Assembly (NCBI RefSeq): GCF_006345805.1
Contig: NC_043023.1
Span: 2,976,001 to 3,040,000 of the forward strand
From: Octopus sinensis
Lineage: Eukaryota
Direction: 5' to 3'
DNA length: 64,000 nucleotides
Positions 26,845 through 38,764 of the stretch are shown piece by piece. The notes below the pieces were generated by a model. That model was not told the origin of the DNA. It was given only the letters and a program-made list of their open reading frames with translations, and did no database searches. The translations under genes and the position numbers were made by a program. Positions within the stretch are counted from its first letter, which is position 1. The number at the start of each line of letters is the position of its first letter.

Positions 26845-27228
26845 GGGTAAAATTAATTAATTAATCAATTTCACCAAGTATTCAGTATGCAAAGGGACCA
26901 TTTAAGGCGAATTCAAATTATTACATTATATAAAAGGGCTTAGTAAAATAAATTACTTTGCCGCATACTGAACTCATTAGAAACAGGGAGTTCTGAGCTG
27001 ATGATAGAAATGTCTTGTTGACTAATCTTGAAACGTACGTTCTCAAATAACCTTTGCACTTGATTTTTTAATGTCTCTACCCCCATATTTGCGTGAGTTG
27101 AATTGAGCAAACACTATATGAGAGAGGTTTTCTTTAAGTATTAGAAATAGTTTTTTAAAAAAGTTTTTTAGCTGCTGTTTCTAATGAGTTCAGTATGCGG
27201 CAAAGTAATTTATTTTACTAAGCCCTTT

Positions 27229-27236
<8 letters not shown>
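26845..27236. mobile_element. Fold-back Penelope-like/retrozyme-like element
   Basis: Inverted repeat 26926-26986 / 27175-27236 flanking a hammerhead; flanked by TA-rich tracts; motifs homologous to the 48-kb unit. Confidence 0.7.
26994..27045 (+). ncRNA. Type I hammerhead ribozyme motif
   Basis: TGAG-CTGATGA-(T AGA..GTC..GAC..TCT T)-GAAAC-GTAC-GTT-CTCA; palindromic loop III. Confidence 0.7.
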
Positions 27237-27259
<23 letters not shown>

Positions 27260-27678
27260 CACAAACACACACATATATATATACACAAACACACACATAC
27301 ATATATATATACACAAACACACACAAACATATATATATATACACAAACACACACATATATATATACACAAACACACACATACATATATATATACACAAAC
27401 ACACACAAACATATATATATATACACAAACACACATACATATATATTTATATATATAAACACAAACGCACACACACACATATATATATTCCTCACCCGGG
27501 GCAGATTTTTCAGCGGTGGTGCACCAGCATGGCCGCGGCCTTCGGGCTAAAACATTTTTAAGGATTTAAGGATACTAAAATCCGGAATCTGGTTAATTCG
27601 GATTTATCTTTTACCGTTTAGAAGACGGTTTTTCATTATGGCGATGCGGCATGCCTGATAAAACGAACTATATACAAA

Positions 27679-27718
<40 letters not shown>

Positions 27719-27722
27719 CAAT

Positions 27723-28116
27723 AGGCGCAGGAGTGGCTGTGTGGTAAGTAGCTTGTTTACCAACCACATGGTTCCGGGTTCAGTCCCACTGCATGGCACC
27801 TTGGGCAAGTGTCTTCTACTATAGCCTCGGGCCGACCAAAGCCTTGTGAGTGGATTTGGTAGACGGAAACTGAAAGAAGCCCGTCGTTTATATGTATATA
27901 TATATGTTTGTGTGTCCGTGTCTGTCCCCCTAGCATTGCTTGACAACCGATGCTGGTGTGTTTATGTCCCCGTCACCTAGCGGTTCGGCAAAAGAGACCG
28001 ATAGAATAAGTACTGGGCTTACAAAGAATAAGTGCCGGGGTCGAGTTGCTCGATTAAAGGCGGTGCTCCAGCATGGCCGCAGTCAAATGACTGAAACAAG
28101 TAAAAGAGTAAAAGAG
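27723..28116 (+). mobile_element. SINE family A (full length)
   Basis: Complete head to tail. Confidence 0.92.
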
Positions 28117-28414
28117 TATATATACAAGATGTCTCACACCAAAAAGAATGTCTACACACTTTAACAGCTGATAACACGTTGGATTTTCATTTCTTTTTAG
28201 ATAAGAAATAATGAAAGGAGCCAAGCTTCGGTTAGTGGACCCTGGTTTAGGTTAATATTCCTCAGTTCTGGGGCTTTTGGGGTTATCCAGAAGTGATGAG
28301 AATAGACAAGATGGTCTTACCTTTGGTCCCTGTGTAAGAGGTCTGTGTCTTCGCAGTCTGTCGCATTCTTCATGTTGCCGTAAATGGGAGGGTCACTTCA
28401 TCTGTAACCAAACG

Positions 28415-28846
28415 GGCAATCTTTCGTCTCTAGTAGACCTTTCCGTCGATTTCCGTAAAAAAATTAATTTCTTTTTACATATGGGCTTGCGGGAACTTTT
28501 GAAGTAATGAGAGCGAAAGAGACTAAGAGAAAGCGATTGTATGACGAGGGAAGTTCTTTTGAAGTTACCGTGCATGGCAAGCATTGATGTACATGTGTGT
28601 GTGTGTGTGTGTTTGATGGGGTGTGGGAGACAGACAGTATGTTGTGTAAGTGAAGTGCTTCTGTTAGTGTGTGTGAAGAGACAGAGAGAGAGTAATGTGT
28701 GAAAGAGAGAGATAACTGAAATTTTTTACTCGGTGTATGTGTATATGTATGTATATTACTTCAAAAGTTCCCGCAAGACCATATGTAAAAAAAAAAATTT
28801 TTTTACGGAAATCGACGGAAAGGTCTACTAGAGACGAAAGATCGCC
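28415..28846. mobile_element. MITE with ~92-bp TIRs, GG..CC ends, 8-bp TSD (Merlin-like)
   Basis: 28415-28508 is the reverse complement of ~28756-28846; flanks ACCAAACG (28407-28414) and GCCAAACG (28847-28854). Confidence 0.8.
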
Positions 28847-29302
28847 GCCAAACGGAACTAAATCCATAAGTACCGTTTCTTCCAGCCTTTGGCGTTTTTT
28901 TGAGGGGCCTGGAACCCTAAGGGCGAAGTTCTTGTCCTCGTTGGCGGCTCGCCTTACCAAAGTGTCTGGTGATGCTTGTGAGAGCGCTTGGCTGTCCCAA
29001 CACCTTAGTCTCACCATCGTCCGTGATAGTGCCGCAAGTGTGTTGGCTTGCTTCAGTAAATTCCAATGAACCTTGTGGTGTGCGACCAATAGAGATTTCT
29101 TTATTATAATCATAGGATATTACGGGACAATACAAAATATTAATAAAGAAATACTCAGCGAGTTTTTTACAGTTGGTTTTTTTTTTTTTACACAAAAATA
29201 TATTAAGTTAAAAATAAATGATTTATACGATTAAAGGCATTTGGTGTTCAATTGATGTGTTTTTTTTTCCCTTTTTTCTCCCCCCCTCCGCCATTTTCCC
29301 AT

Positions 29303-29832
29303 TGCAGGCGTGGCTGTGTGGTAAAAAGCTCGCTTCCCAACAACCACATACTTCCGAGTTCAGTCCCACTGCGTGGCATCTTGGGCAAGTGCCTTCTACT
29401 GTAACCTCAGGTCAACCAAAGCCTTGTGAGCGGATTTGGTACGAAAAAAACTGAAAGAAGCCTGTCATATATGTGTATATATATATATATAGGCGCAGGA
29501 GTGGCTGTGTGGTAAGTAGCTTGCTAACCAACCACATGGTTCCGGGTTCAGTCCCACTGCGTGGCATCTTGGGCAAGTGTCTTCTTCTATAGCCCCGGGC
29601 CGACCAATGCCTTGTGAGTGGATTTGGTAGACGGAAACTGAAAGAAGCCTGTCGTATATATGTATATATATGTATATGTATGTGTGTGTCTGTGTTCGTC
29701 CCCCTAGCATTGCTTGACAACCGATAGAATAAGTACTGGGCTTACAAAGAATAAGTCCCGGGGTCGATTTGCTCAACTAAAGGCGGTGCTCCAGCATGGC
29801 CGCAGTCAAATGACTGAAACAAGTAAAAGAGT
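29303..29832 (+). mobile_element. SINE family A 5' half (29303-29470) followed by a near-complete copy (29491-29832)
   Basis: Two heads in tandem; the second has an internal deletion. Confidence 0.88.
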
Positions 29833-30422
29833 ATATATATATATACGAGCAATACGCCCCCCTCCATCCAATGGACGGTGCTGAGTTGTCAAACATTTAA
29901 ACCAAATTTTGTCAAAACAACTTGTCCGACCGTCCCATAGGCCTCCCCTTTGAGAAACACTGATTCAACCTAAATTTGAGACATCAGCAAAAGAAGAAAT
30001 AAAGATAGACTTTTTTTCTATTTCAAAGAAAAGCGATTTTATTCACACAAATATGCAACCGAAGAGATTAAAGTACCAGTAAGTACATCGCAACAGCTGA
30101 TGTACTTGCACGTACAAATGCACGTTCCCACGGCTTTATCGATCGCATTCTCACCTGGAATCGATTTTTGTAATTTTTTCAAGACTTATACATGCCCTGA
30201 TACCCTCAGTATCTACATATCACATTTGAGTGCAATCGGATGGAGGATGCCAGATCAGATTGGGGCCTGGTGCAGCCTCCTGGCTTCCCAGAACCCTGTC
30301 AAGCCGTCCAACCGATACCAGCATGGAAAATAGATGTTAAATGATAATAGACAAAATGAGATAGCAAATCCAAGGCTTGGAGGAGTTTTCAGGACATTTA
30401 TAAGGAAAGAGATATAGACATA

Positions 30423-30470
30423 GCCTTACAGCTGTTTCTGGGATATTATGGATATCCCTTCATCAGAGAC
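30423..30470 (-). ncRNA. Type I hammerhead ribozyme motif
   Basis: Minus strand GTCT-CTGATGA-A-GGGATAT(CCATA)ATATCCC-A-GAAAC-AGCT-GTA-AGGC; 7-bp helix II, palindromic loop III, GUA site. Confidence 0.75.
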
Positions 30471-30629
30471 GGTGTGAGATGGTTAAATAGAGGAAAATGC
30501 TTGAGAACCAAGAGTTTAACTACGGTCTGTCCATAGCACTTACTTAGTATTACCTGCCACTCTTTGGGTCTTCTAGATACCAATGCATTATATATATATA
30601 ATATATATATATATATATGTATATATATG

Positions 30630-30661
<32 letters not shown>

Positions 30662-32377
30662 AAAGAGAGATGGAATAAAATAGGGAGGGAGGGAATGCAA
30701 AATCCAGAATGGCAGAATGGTGAAGCGAAAGCTCTCGGCCAAAAGTCAAATTTAGTTACACAATGAATAAAGGGGGAAAAAAAAGACATTTGTGTCAAGA
30801 CATGGCATTTTTATCTTTCCAAGTCTTCACGTATGGAGATTAATTTAAGTCTATATTCGTCAAGTCCTCTTGCTATTCTCAGCAACAAATATTTTTCTTA
30901 CAGAATTTTCAAAACGACTATTTTCTCCCCCTCTCTCTATCTATCTATATATCTTTCCATCCATCTATCACTGCTCTCTCTCTCTCTCTCTGCCTTTTGT
31001 ATTTTACTTTCGCCTCCTTTTTCTTATTTACAATTGGTTTCGTTTCGTTTCCTTTCATTTTTCTTATTATTTTCCTATTTGTCTTTTCATATTTCCATTC
31101 CTATTTTTACGTAATTTTTACAAATCTTTTCCTCTTACATTTTTTTTCTCTTCCATTCTTCAACGAAAATACAAATCAAACAGTAAATAAAATCACATCT
31201 TAAGCTTTGTTGTACTTCTGAAATCAAGGATTATGCCATAAATTTTCCTTCCCATCATTTCTCCTTCATTTTTTTGTCCAAATTTTCGTTCAGTTGCCAT
31301 ATATAATTCTCGTCTGTTTTATTCATTATTCCCCAACGTTTCACTTTCAATGAAAATCCAATAGTTTTGTTTTATGTCGATGTTGGACGAGTTAGGTCAG
31401 GTTTTGGGTGGTTTAGGTTAAATTAGGAAATACATGTTTAGCTTACAACATTCAAAACATGATGATCTTTCATTTTATGTACAAATAGCGATCTTTCGAT
31501 CTTGGTATACATAAGATGGCGGATACAGTGAAGCAATGAGTATTGATTTGAAGGGCAAATATCTTCTACTATAGCCCCAGTCCGACCAATGCGTTTTAAA
31601 TGTATTTGGTAAATGGAAACTGTAGGAAGCCCTTCGTGTACATATATAAATTATTTTATTTTCTACTTGTTGATGTTGTAGTTGCTGCTGCTGTTGTTGC
31701 TGTCATAGGTATTCTCATTTTCCTTGTTGTTTTCTTTATTATCATTATCGATGTCCCTGTTACTATTATCAACACATTTCTTCTTTCTCTTTGTCTTCTT
31801 CTCTTCCCTTCCTTCCTCTCCACCTTCTTCCAACATCCCCTCCCCTCTCCGTATCCTATCCTCTCAAAGAAGATCCCTTTAAAAAAAAACAAGGAGTCTC
31901 ACCTCGCAACCCACCTTCCCCCCCACACACACACTGAAAAAGAGGGGGGGCAGAGCTACCCCACCGAACCCCGACCCACAACTCCCTCACACCTCTAACC
32001 TCCACCAATGTTGCGACGGTGGGAGAAAGAGGAGATCACTGAGGGAGGGTGTTGTGGTGATGGCAGGGGTGTATGTGGTGTGTCTGTGTATGGACGAAGT
32101 GAATGCTTGTGGCTAGCATTCGGCCAAGCGTGAAGTATTGAACTGGTGAAATGTGCACCAGTGTTTATGCATTTACGTGTTGCCTTAATAGATGTGTCCA
32201 TATATGCGTGTGTGTATTTGAGGCACAGTGTGTGATTGTGTATGTGTGTCTTTTAACTTTTAAGTCTATTCAAGCATGCTGTAAGTGCATGCTGGCATAC
32301 TATATATATATATATACATATACACATACATGCATACATATATATATACACATACATGCATACATATATATATATAC

Positions 32378-32418
<41 letters not shown>

Positions 32419-32419
32419 G

Positions 32420-32606
32420 TCAATCCAAACAAAAAAACACAACAACGCAAGGACGTGGAACAAATATAGTATTATTGGACGCTCAGGAAAGAAGGAAAGA
32501 AGGAGGGTTTAACGTTTCGAGCAGAGCTCTTCGTCGGAAAATAGGAGAAGGAAAGATCCAGAGAATGGAAGACAGGAAAAAATTACCAACAGTACACACG
32601 CGGTCA
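32420..32606 (-). mobile_element. Short HHR-like element family D
   Basis: Minus strand TTTT-CCGACGAA-GAGC TCT GCTC-GAAAC-GTT-AAAC; homologous to 32937 and 36597. Confidence 0.65.
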
Positions 32607-32788
32607 CTTGGAGGCATGGGTGTGTGGTAAGAAGTTTCCTTCCCAACTACATGGTTCAAGGTTCAATCCCACTACATGGCGCCTTGGACAAGTGTCTTCT
32701 ACTGTATCCCCAAGCTGACCAATGCCTTGGGAGTGGATTTGGTAGATGGAAACTGAAAGAAATCCATCATGTGAGTGTGTGTGTGTAT

Positions 32789-32858
<70 letters not shown>

Positions 32859-32936
32859 GTACACAGATATATATATATATCTGTATACATATATATATAC
32901 AGAAAAAAATATCTATATCCATATATATATATATAA

Positions 32937-33137
32937 AGTTAATCCAAACAAGAAAGCACAAAAAAACACAACAACGCGAGGACGTGGAACAAATATAGTA
33001 TTATTGGACGCTCAGGAAAGAAGGAAAGGAGGAGGGTTTAACGTTTCGAGCGGAGCTCTTCGTTGGAAACATAGGAGAAGGAAAGATCCAGAGAAGGGAA
33101 GACAGAGGAAAAAAAAATTGCAGACGGTACACACGAG
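32937..33137 (-). mobile_element. Short HHR-like element family D (core mutated)
   Basis: Near identical to 36597-36800; core reads CCAACGAA. Confidence 0.65.
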
Positions 33138-33415
33138 GTAAGGTACCACACGAGTGGAATTATATATGAAAGAAGGTTTGAAAATGCAATTTTAAAGATG
33201 TTTAATCACTTGACCGGTTTCACTTCTTTAGAAAAAGATTGTTAAAAGTAACATGCAAAAGCTTGGTTGTGTTCAGTACTGGTTGTCACAAAATATTACA
33301 ATACATATATACATTCTTTGATAATAAAAAATATATATATTTCTTTGATAATAAAAAATATATATATTTTCCCAAGAAAATAACACGACATAGCATAATA
33401 TTTATATGAAATAAC

Positions 33416-33534
33416 AATTCTTACAGCTGTTTCGCTTCAGATGTCAGTCAGCGCCTATGAAAGAATTGCGAAAATAATATTCTTCATCTTCATAGGATAT
33501 TTGGACAAGAACATGGAGGTTCATCAGAGTGAAT
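33416..33534 (-). ncRNA. Degenerate type I hammerhead with long helix II insert
   Basis: Minus strand CTGATGA (33527-33521) ... GAAAC-AGCT-GTA-AGAATT (33433-33416); helices I and II imperfect. Confidence 0.45.
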
Positions 33535-34212
33535 AAAAAAGCATCCAAAAAGTAAGCAAAAGGAAGTGGGATTAGGAAAGAAAACATGGCCTAGCGAAGA
33601 AGCTTGTATTACAATGATACAATCTTCCATCATAGGGCTTAGAAGTCGGTAGGCAGAAGAATGATCTAGCCATGGTCTAGGGGAAAATTATTTTTCGGGA
33701 TATTTTCATATAAAGGGGGAACCAAGATGTTTTAAAAGTTATGAAAAAAATTAACAAAAAAAAATATATATATATGTATATATATATATATATGCATGTG
33801 TGTGTTTGTGTGTCTGTATTTGTCCCCCCCCCAACATCGCTTGACAACCGATGCTTGTGTGTTTACGTCCCTGTAACTTAGCAGTTCGGCAAAAGAGACC
33901 AATAGAATAAGTACTAGGTTTACAAAGAATAAGTCCTGGGGTCGATTTGCTCAACTAAATGCAGCGCTCCAGCATGACCACAGTCAAATGACTGAAACAA
34001 GTAAAAGAGTAAAAGAGTAAAGAGTAAAAAAACAAGAAAATTACTGCCATGTCTAGAAAGGGAGCAGTACTAATGCTATCATAAAAAATCTCTTGCTAAT
34101 ATTTATCAAAAACAATACCGTAGGGTTGTTATGAGAGTGAATTTACTGGAATATTACAGAGAACACCACTTGTGCACAATGGGGTAGACCGAAGTTAATC
34201 CATGTCTACAAC

Positions 34213-35110
34213 TGTTTGTTTCTTCTCGAGCCATGTCTGGCTCATAGGGCCGGTTTCCTGGTTTCCTTGGCGTATAGGTTCCACACCTGGACAGGATGCT
34301 GGTCCATCGCAGGTGAGTTGCAAGATACAGGAGGAAAGAGTGAGGGAAAGTTGTAGCAAAAGAGTCAGCAGAAGTTCACCATTACCTTCTGCTGGAGCCA
34401 CATGGAGCTTAGGTGTTTCGCTCATAAACACACACATCGCCCAGTCTGAGATTCGAACCCGCGATCCCTCGACCGCGAGTCTGCTGTTCTAACCACTCGG
34501 CCGTGCGCCTCCACATACAAAAATTGATGCTTTTGTTTGTTTGTTCCTTCTTGAGCCATGCCAGGCTCATAGGGCCGGTTTCCCGGTTTCCTTGGCCTTT
34601 AGGTTCCCCACCTGGACAAGATGCCGGTCCGTCGCAGGTGAGCTGCAAGATGCAGGAGGAAAGAGTGAGAGAAAGTTGTGGTGAAAGAGTCAGCAGAAGT
34701 TCGCCATTACCTTCTGCCAGAGCTGTGTGGAGCTTAGGTGTTTCGCTCATAAACACACACATCGCCCGGTCTGAGATTCGAACACGCGATCCCTCGACTG
34801 CGAGTCCGCTGCTCTAACCACTAGGCCATGTGCCTCCACAAATATTCCTTCTTGAGCCATGCCTGGCTCATAAGGGCCGGTTTCCTTGGCGTATAGATTC
34901 CCCACCTGGACAGGACGCCGGGACGTCACACGTGAGCTGCAAGATGCAGGAGGAAAGAGTCAGCAGAAGTTCGGCCATTACCTTCTGCCGGAGCCACATG
35001 GAGCTTAGGTGTTTCACTCATAAACACACACATCACTTGGTCTGAGATTCGAACCCATGATCCCTCGACCGCGAGTCCGCTGCTCTAACCACTAGGCCAT
35101 GTACCTCCAC
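34213..35110 (-). mobile_element. Three head-to-tail copies of tRNA(Arg-like)-derived SINE family B
   Basis: Copies ~34213-34514, 34532-34839 and 34845-35110; head GTGGAGGC..TGGCCTAGTGGTTAGAGCAGCGGACTCGC..GGTTCGAATCTC. Confidence 0.88.
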
Positions 35111-35305
35111 ATATCTACAATTGGTCAGTTATATTTGAACAAAGGGCAAATGTTAAAACTGTTTCAATGGATATGTAAATAAAAGAGGGAAACAAAAATA
35201 ATTAAAATAAAGGGTGCTAGAGAGAAGACTATGATATAAGAGTTATGAGGCCGCTTATGGCCTTCTGCAACTTCTCAACATAACATAAATAAGAATAAAT
35301 ATATA

Positions 35306-35466
35306 GAGGAGTGGCTGTGTGGTAAGTAGCTTGCTAACCAACCACATGGTTCCGGGTTCAGTCCCACTGCATGGCATCTTGGGCAAGTGTCTTCTACTAT
35401 AGCCCCGGGCCGACCAATGCCTTGTGAGTGGATTTGGTAGATGGAAACTGAAAGAAGCCCGTCGTA

Positions 35467-35517
<51 letters not shown>

Positions 35518-35738
35518 GTATGTGTGTGTATATATTTGTGTGTCTGTGTTTGTCTCTCTAGCATTGCTTGACAACCGGTGCTGGTGTGTTTACGTCCCCG
35601 TCACTTAGTGGTTCGGCAAAAAGAGACCGATAGAATAAGTACTGGGTTTACAAAGAATAAGTCCCGGGGTCGAGTTGCTCGACTAAAGGCGGTGCTCCAG
35701 CATGGACGCAGTCAAATGACTGAAACAAGTAAAAGAGT
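35306..35738 (+). mobile_element. SINE family A
   Basis: Head to tail match. Confidence 0.9.
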
Positions 35739-36087
35739 ATAAATAGATTCAACAAAAATATACAATAACATTTTATAGCTAAGGGGAGTAAACTTGTACA
35801 AATTTTACATAATATATAAAAAAGGAATCTTTACTTTTTGACTGGCAGATTTAAAAAATAATTTTTTGTATCTAAACACTTTCAAACTTCGGACACTGGT
35901 AGAATGTGTCATATAAAACATCTTTTACTCTTACCATTTTTAAGAAAAACTTAGATTTACGAAATTATTTCACGTTAAAGTTGTCCTATTTTGGTAATTT
36001 CAACCAATCAATAAAAAGTATTCAGCTGAATAAAATTACTGCTGTTGTTTGTCAACAAGAACTCCCGGTGGTGTATCTCTCTTTCTG

Positions 36088-36271
36088 TCTTTTACTTGTT
36101 TCAGTTATTTGGCTGCGGTCATGCTGGAGCACTGCCTTTAGTCGAACAAACCGACCCCGGGACTTATTCTATTGGTCTCTTTTGCCGAACCGCTAAGTGA
36201 GGGGGACGTAAACACACCAGCATCGGTTGTTAATCAATGCTAGGGGGACAAACACAGACACATAAACATAT

Positions 36272-36308
<37 letters not shown>

Positions 36309-36473
36309 CGACAGGCTTCTTTCAGTTTCCGTCTACCAAATCCACTCACAAGGCATTGGTCGGCCCGGGGCTATAGCAGAAGAGACTTGCGCAAGATGCC
36401 ACGCAGTGGGACTGAACTCAGAACCATGTAGTTGGTAAGCAAGCTACTTACCACACAGCCACTCTTGCGCCTA
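36088..36473 (-). mobile_element. SINE family A
   Basis: Reverse-complement match. Confidence 0.9.
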
Positions 36474-36596
36474 TTTCCTCTGGCAACGATCACGCTTGGA
36501 TGGTATTCTTAGCGCTCCACTAGCATGAGTATCAGTCATCGAATTTGATTGAGAGTGGATCTGGTATACGGAAACTGAAAGAAGACTATTGTGTAT

Positions 36597-36880
36597 ATAA
36601 AGTTAATCCAAACATGAAAACACAAAGAGAAAACACAACAACGCGAGGACGTGGAACAAATATAGTATTATTGGACGCTCAGGAAGGAAGGGAAGAAGGA
36701 GGGTTTAACGTTTCGAGCGGAGCTCTTCGTCGGAAACATAGGAGAAGGAAAGATCCAGAGAAGGGAAGATGGAGGAAAAAAATCGCCAACGGTACACACG
36801 CGGTCACATTTTGAATGCTTAATAGCTGTGTGGACCCGTGGAAAAACGCGCAAAGTTTGAGGCGGCACAGGAAATGGTTG
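36597..36880 (-). mobile_element. Short HHR-like element family D (longest copy), inside a SINE A
   Basis: Minus strand GTTT-CCGACGAA-GAGC TCC GCTC-GAAAC-GTT-AAAC at 36737-36703. Confidence 0.65.
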
Positions 36881-36913
36881 TATGTATGTATATATATATA
36901 CATACATACATAT

Positions 36914-36956
<43 letters not shown>

Positions 36957-37143
36957 TTGCATGTGTGTGTGTGTGTGTGTGTATGTTTGTGTGTCTATGT
37001 TTGTCTCCCTACCATCGCTTGACAACTGATGCAACTTAGTGGTTCAGCAAAAGGGACCGATTGAATAAGTCCTACACTTCCAAAGAATAAGTCCTGCAGT
37101 CGATTTGTTCGACGGAATGCAATACTCCAGCATGGCCACAGTC

Positions 37144-37680
37144 ACGCTGGTGAGACCCATATTGGAGTACGGGATTCAAGCCTCTTCTCCTTATCTCCTC
37201 AAAGACATACATCATCTCGAAATAGTCCAGAAGCTGGCTACCCGCATGGTTCTTGGTCTCAAGAATTTGTCTTATGAAGAAAGGCTGAAGACGCTCGACC
37301 TTTATTCTCTAGAAAAACGACGACGCCATGGTGATCTCATTCTTGCTCACAACATCATAAGCGGAAAGTGTAACCTCTCGAAAGAGCTGTTCTTCACTCC
37401 TGCTCCAGAGCATCGGCTGCGGGGTCACTCCAAAAAGCTCTATCTGCAACGATTTCATCTCAATCAAAAGAGAGGGGCTTTCTCCGTCCGGGTTGCGGAT
37501 CCGTGGAATAAGCTGCCGGTCGAGATGGTGAAGATGCAGATGACCGCTTGGTTCAAAGTCTCTCTTGACCAGAAATGGCCTGAACTCTTTGCATGAACAC
37601 CCTCCCTGTACATAACTCCATGTCCCTCTACATGGCCTTGCTTTTTGCTTTTTGAGCCAAAAATTAACTTAACTTAACTT
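37144..37680 (+). mobile_element. CR1-group LINE 3' end inserted into a SINE A tail
   Basis: ORF LVRPILEY..SPYL.KDI..LE.VQK.ATRMV.GL..LSYEERL..LDLYSLEKRR..GDLI..LRGHSKKL..FS.RV..WNKLP; (AACTT)n tail; SINE resumes AAATGA at 37681. Confidence 0.9.
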
Positions 37681-38109
37681 AAATGAGTGGAACAAATAAA
37701 AGAATATTCATGCACACACATATTCATTCAAACAATTACATAGAGACATACATATATACACACACTTGCATATAAATATGTATGTGTATATACACACACA
37801 TGTATGTATAATTACATTTATACAAACGTGTATATATATTTATATGTATACATACACGTATATATATGTATATATAAATACATATATATATACATGTATA
37901 TGTGTGTATATATGTATATATATATATGTATGTGTTTATATATATGTACAAACATATGCATGTATATACATAAGCATATATATATATATAATATATACAC
38001 ACGTCTGTATGTATATATATTTATGTATATATATATGTATATATATCTATATATATAATACATATGCATATATATATACACACAAACATAAACAATGTAT
38101 GTATATATA

Positions 38110-38650
38110 TATAATAATAATAATAATAATAATTGTGTACAGTGCTCAGGTGCTCTACAACTCATCTAAAGTCTATATAATCAGGTGTAGTTTCGGCGGA
38201 TTTCGGAAAGCATGAGGGCCTTAAAGGATGCAGTGTCATGGCAGTCAACAACTGACGAAGGCAGTTTATTCCATGCTTCAGCAACTCTGAGCGGGAAGAA
38301 ATGTTTCCGAAAGTCATGGGAGCTGTGTTGTTTTCTGACTTTGTAGGCATGTCCACGTGTGTTAGACACATGGAGATCAAAAAGGTGTTCAGTGTTGTTG
38401 TTGGTGAGGTGGTTGATAACTTTGTGGGTGTTTACCAAGTCCGTCGCCAGACGCCGGAGCTTCAGTGAATCCATGCCCAGGGAAACAAGGCGCTCTGAAT
38501 ATGGTAGGTGTCTGATGGAGGGTATGCGTTTGGTTGCACGTCTCTGGACAGATTCCAGGAGGTCAATGTTCTGAGCATGATAGGGGTTCCAAACTGATGA
38601 TGCGAATTCCAAGTGTGGTCGTACCATAGCTGTATATAGTTTTAAATAGA
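38110..38650 (-). mobile_element. CR1-group LINE 3' end
   Basis: LYTAMVRPHLEFASSVWNP..LESVQRRATK..YSERL..TRGH..FF..RV..WNKLP; (TTA)n tail. Confidence 0.9.
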
Positions 38651-38764
38651 TGGTTGGATCATCATCATCATCATTTAACAATGATGATGATGATATATAT
38701 ATATAATATACATATATTTGTTTATGTTTGTGTGTATATATATTTATATGTATATATATATACA

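Larger units (their letters stand above)
32610..34025 (+). mobile_element. SINE family A halves (32610-32775; 33790-34025) separated by nested insertions
   Basis: Head and tail halves in register around TA tracts. Confidence 0.65.

Noticed and set aside
33205-33225. Minus-strand GAAAC-CG-GTC half-hammerhead (similar at ~26247-26260)
   Set aside because: No CUGANGA partner found nearby
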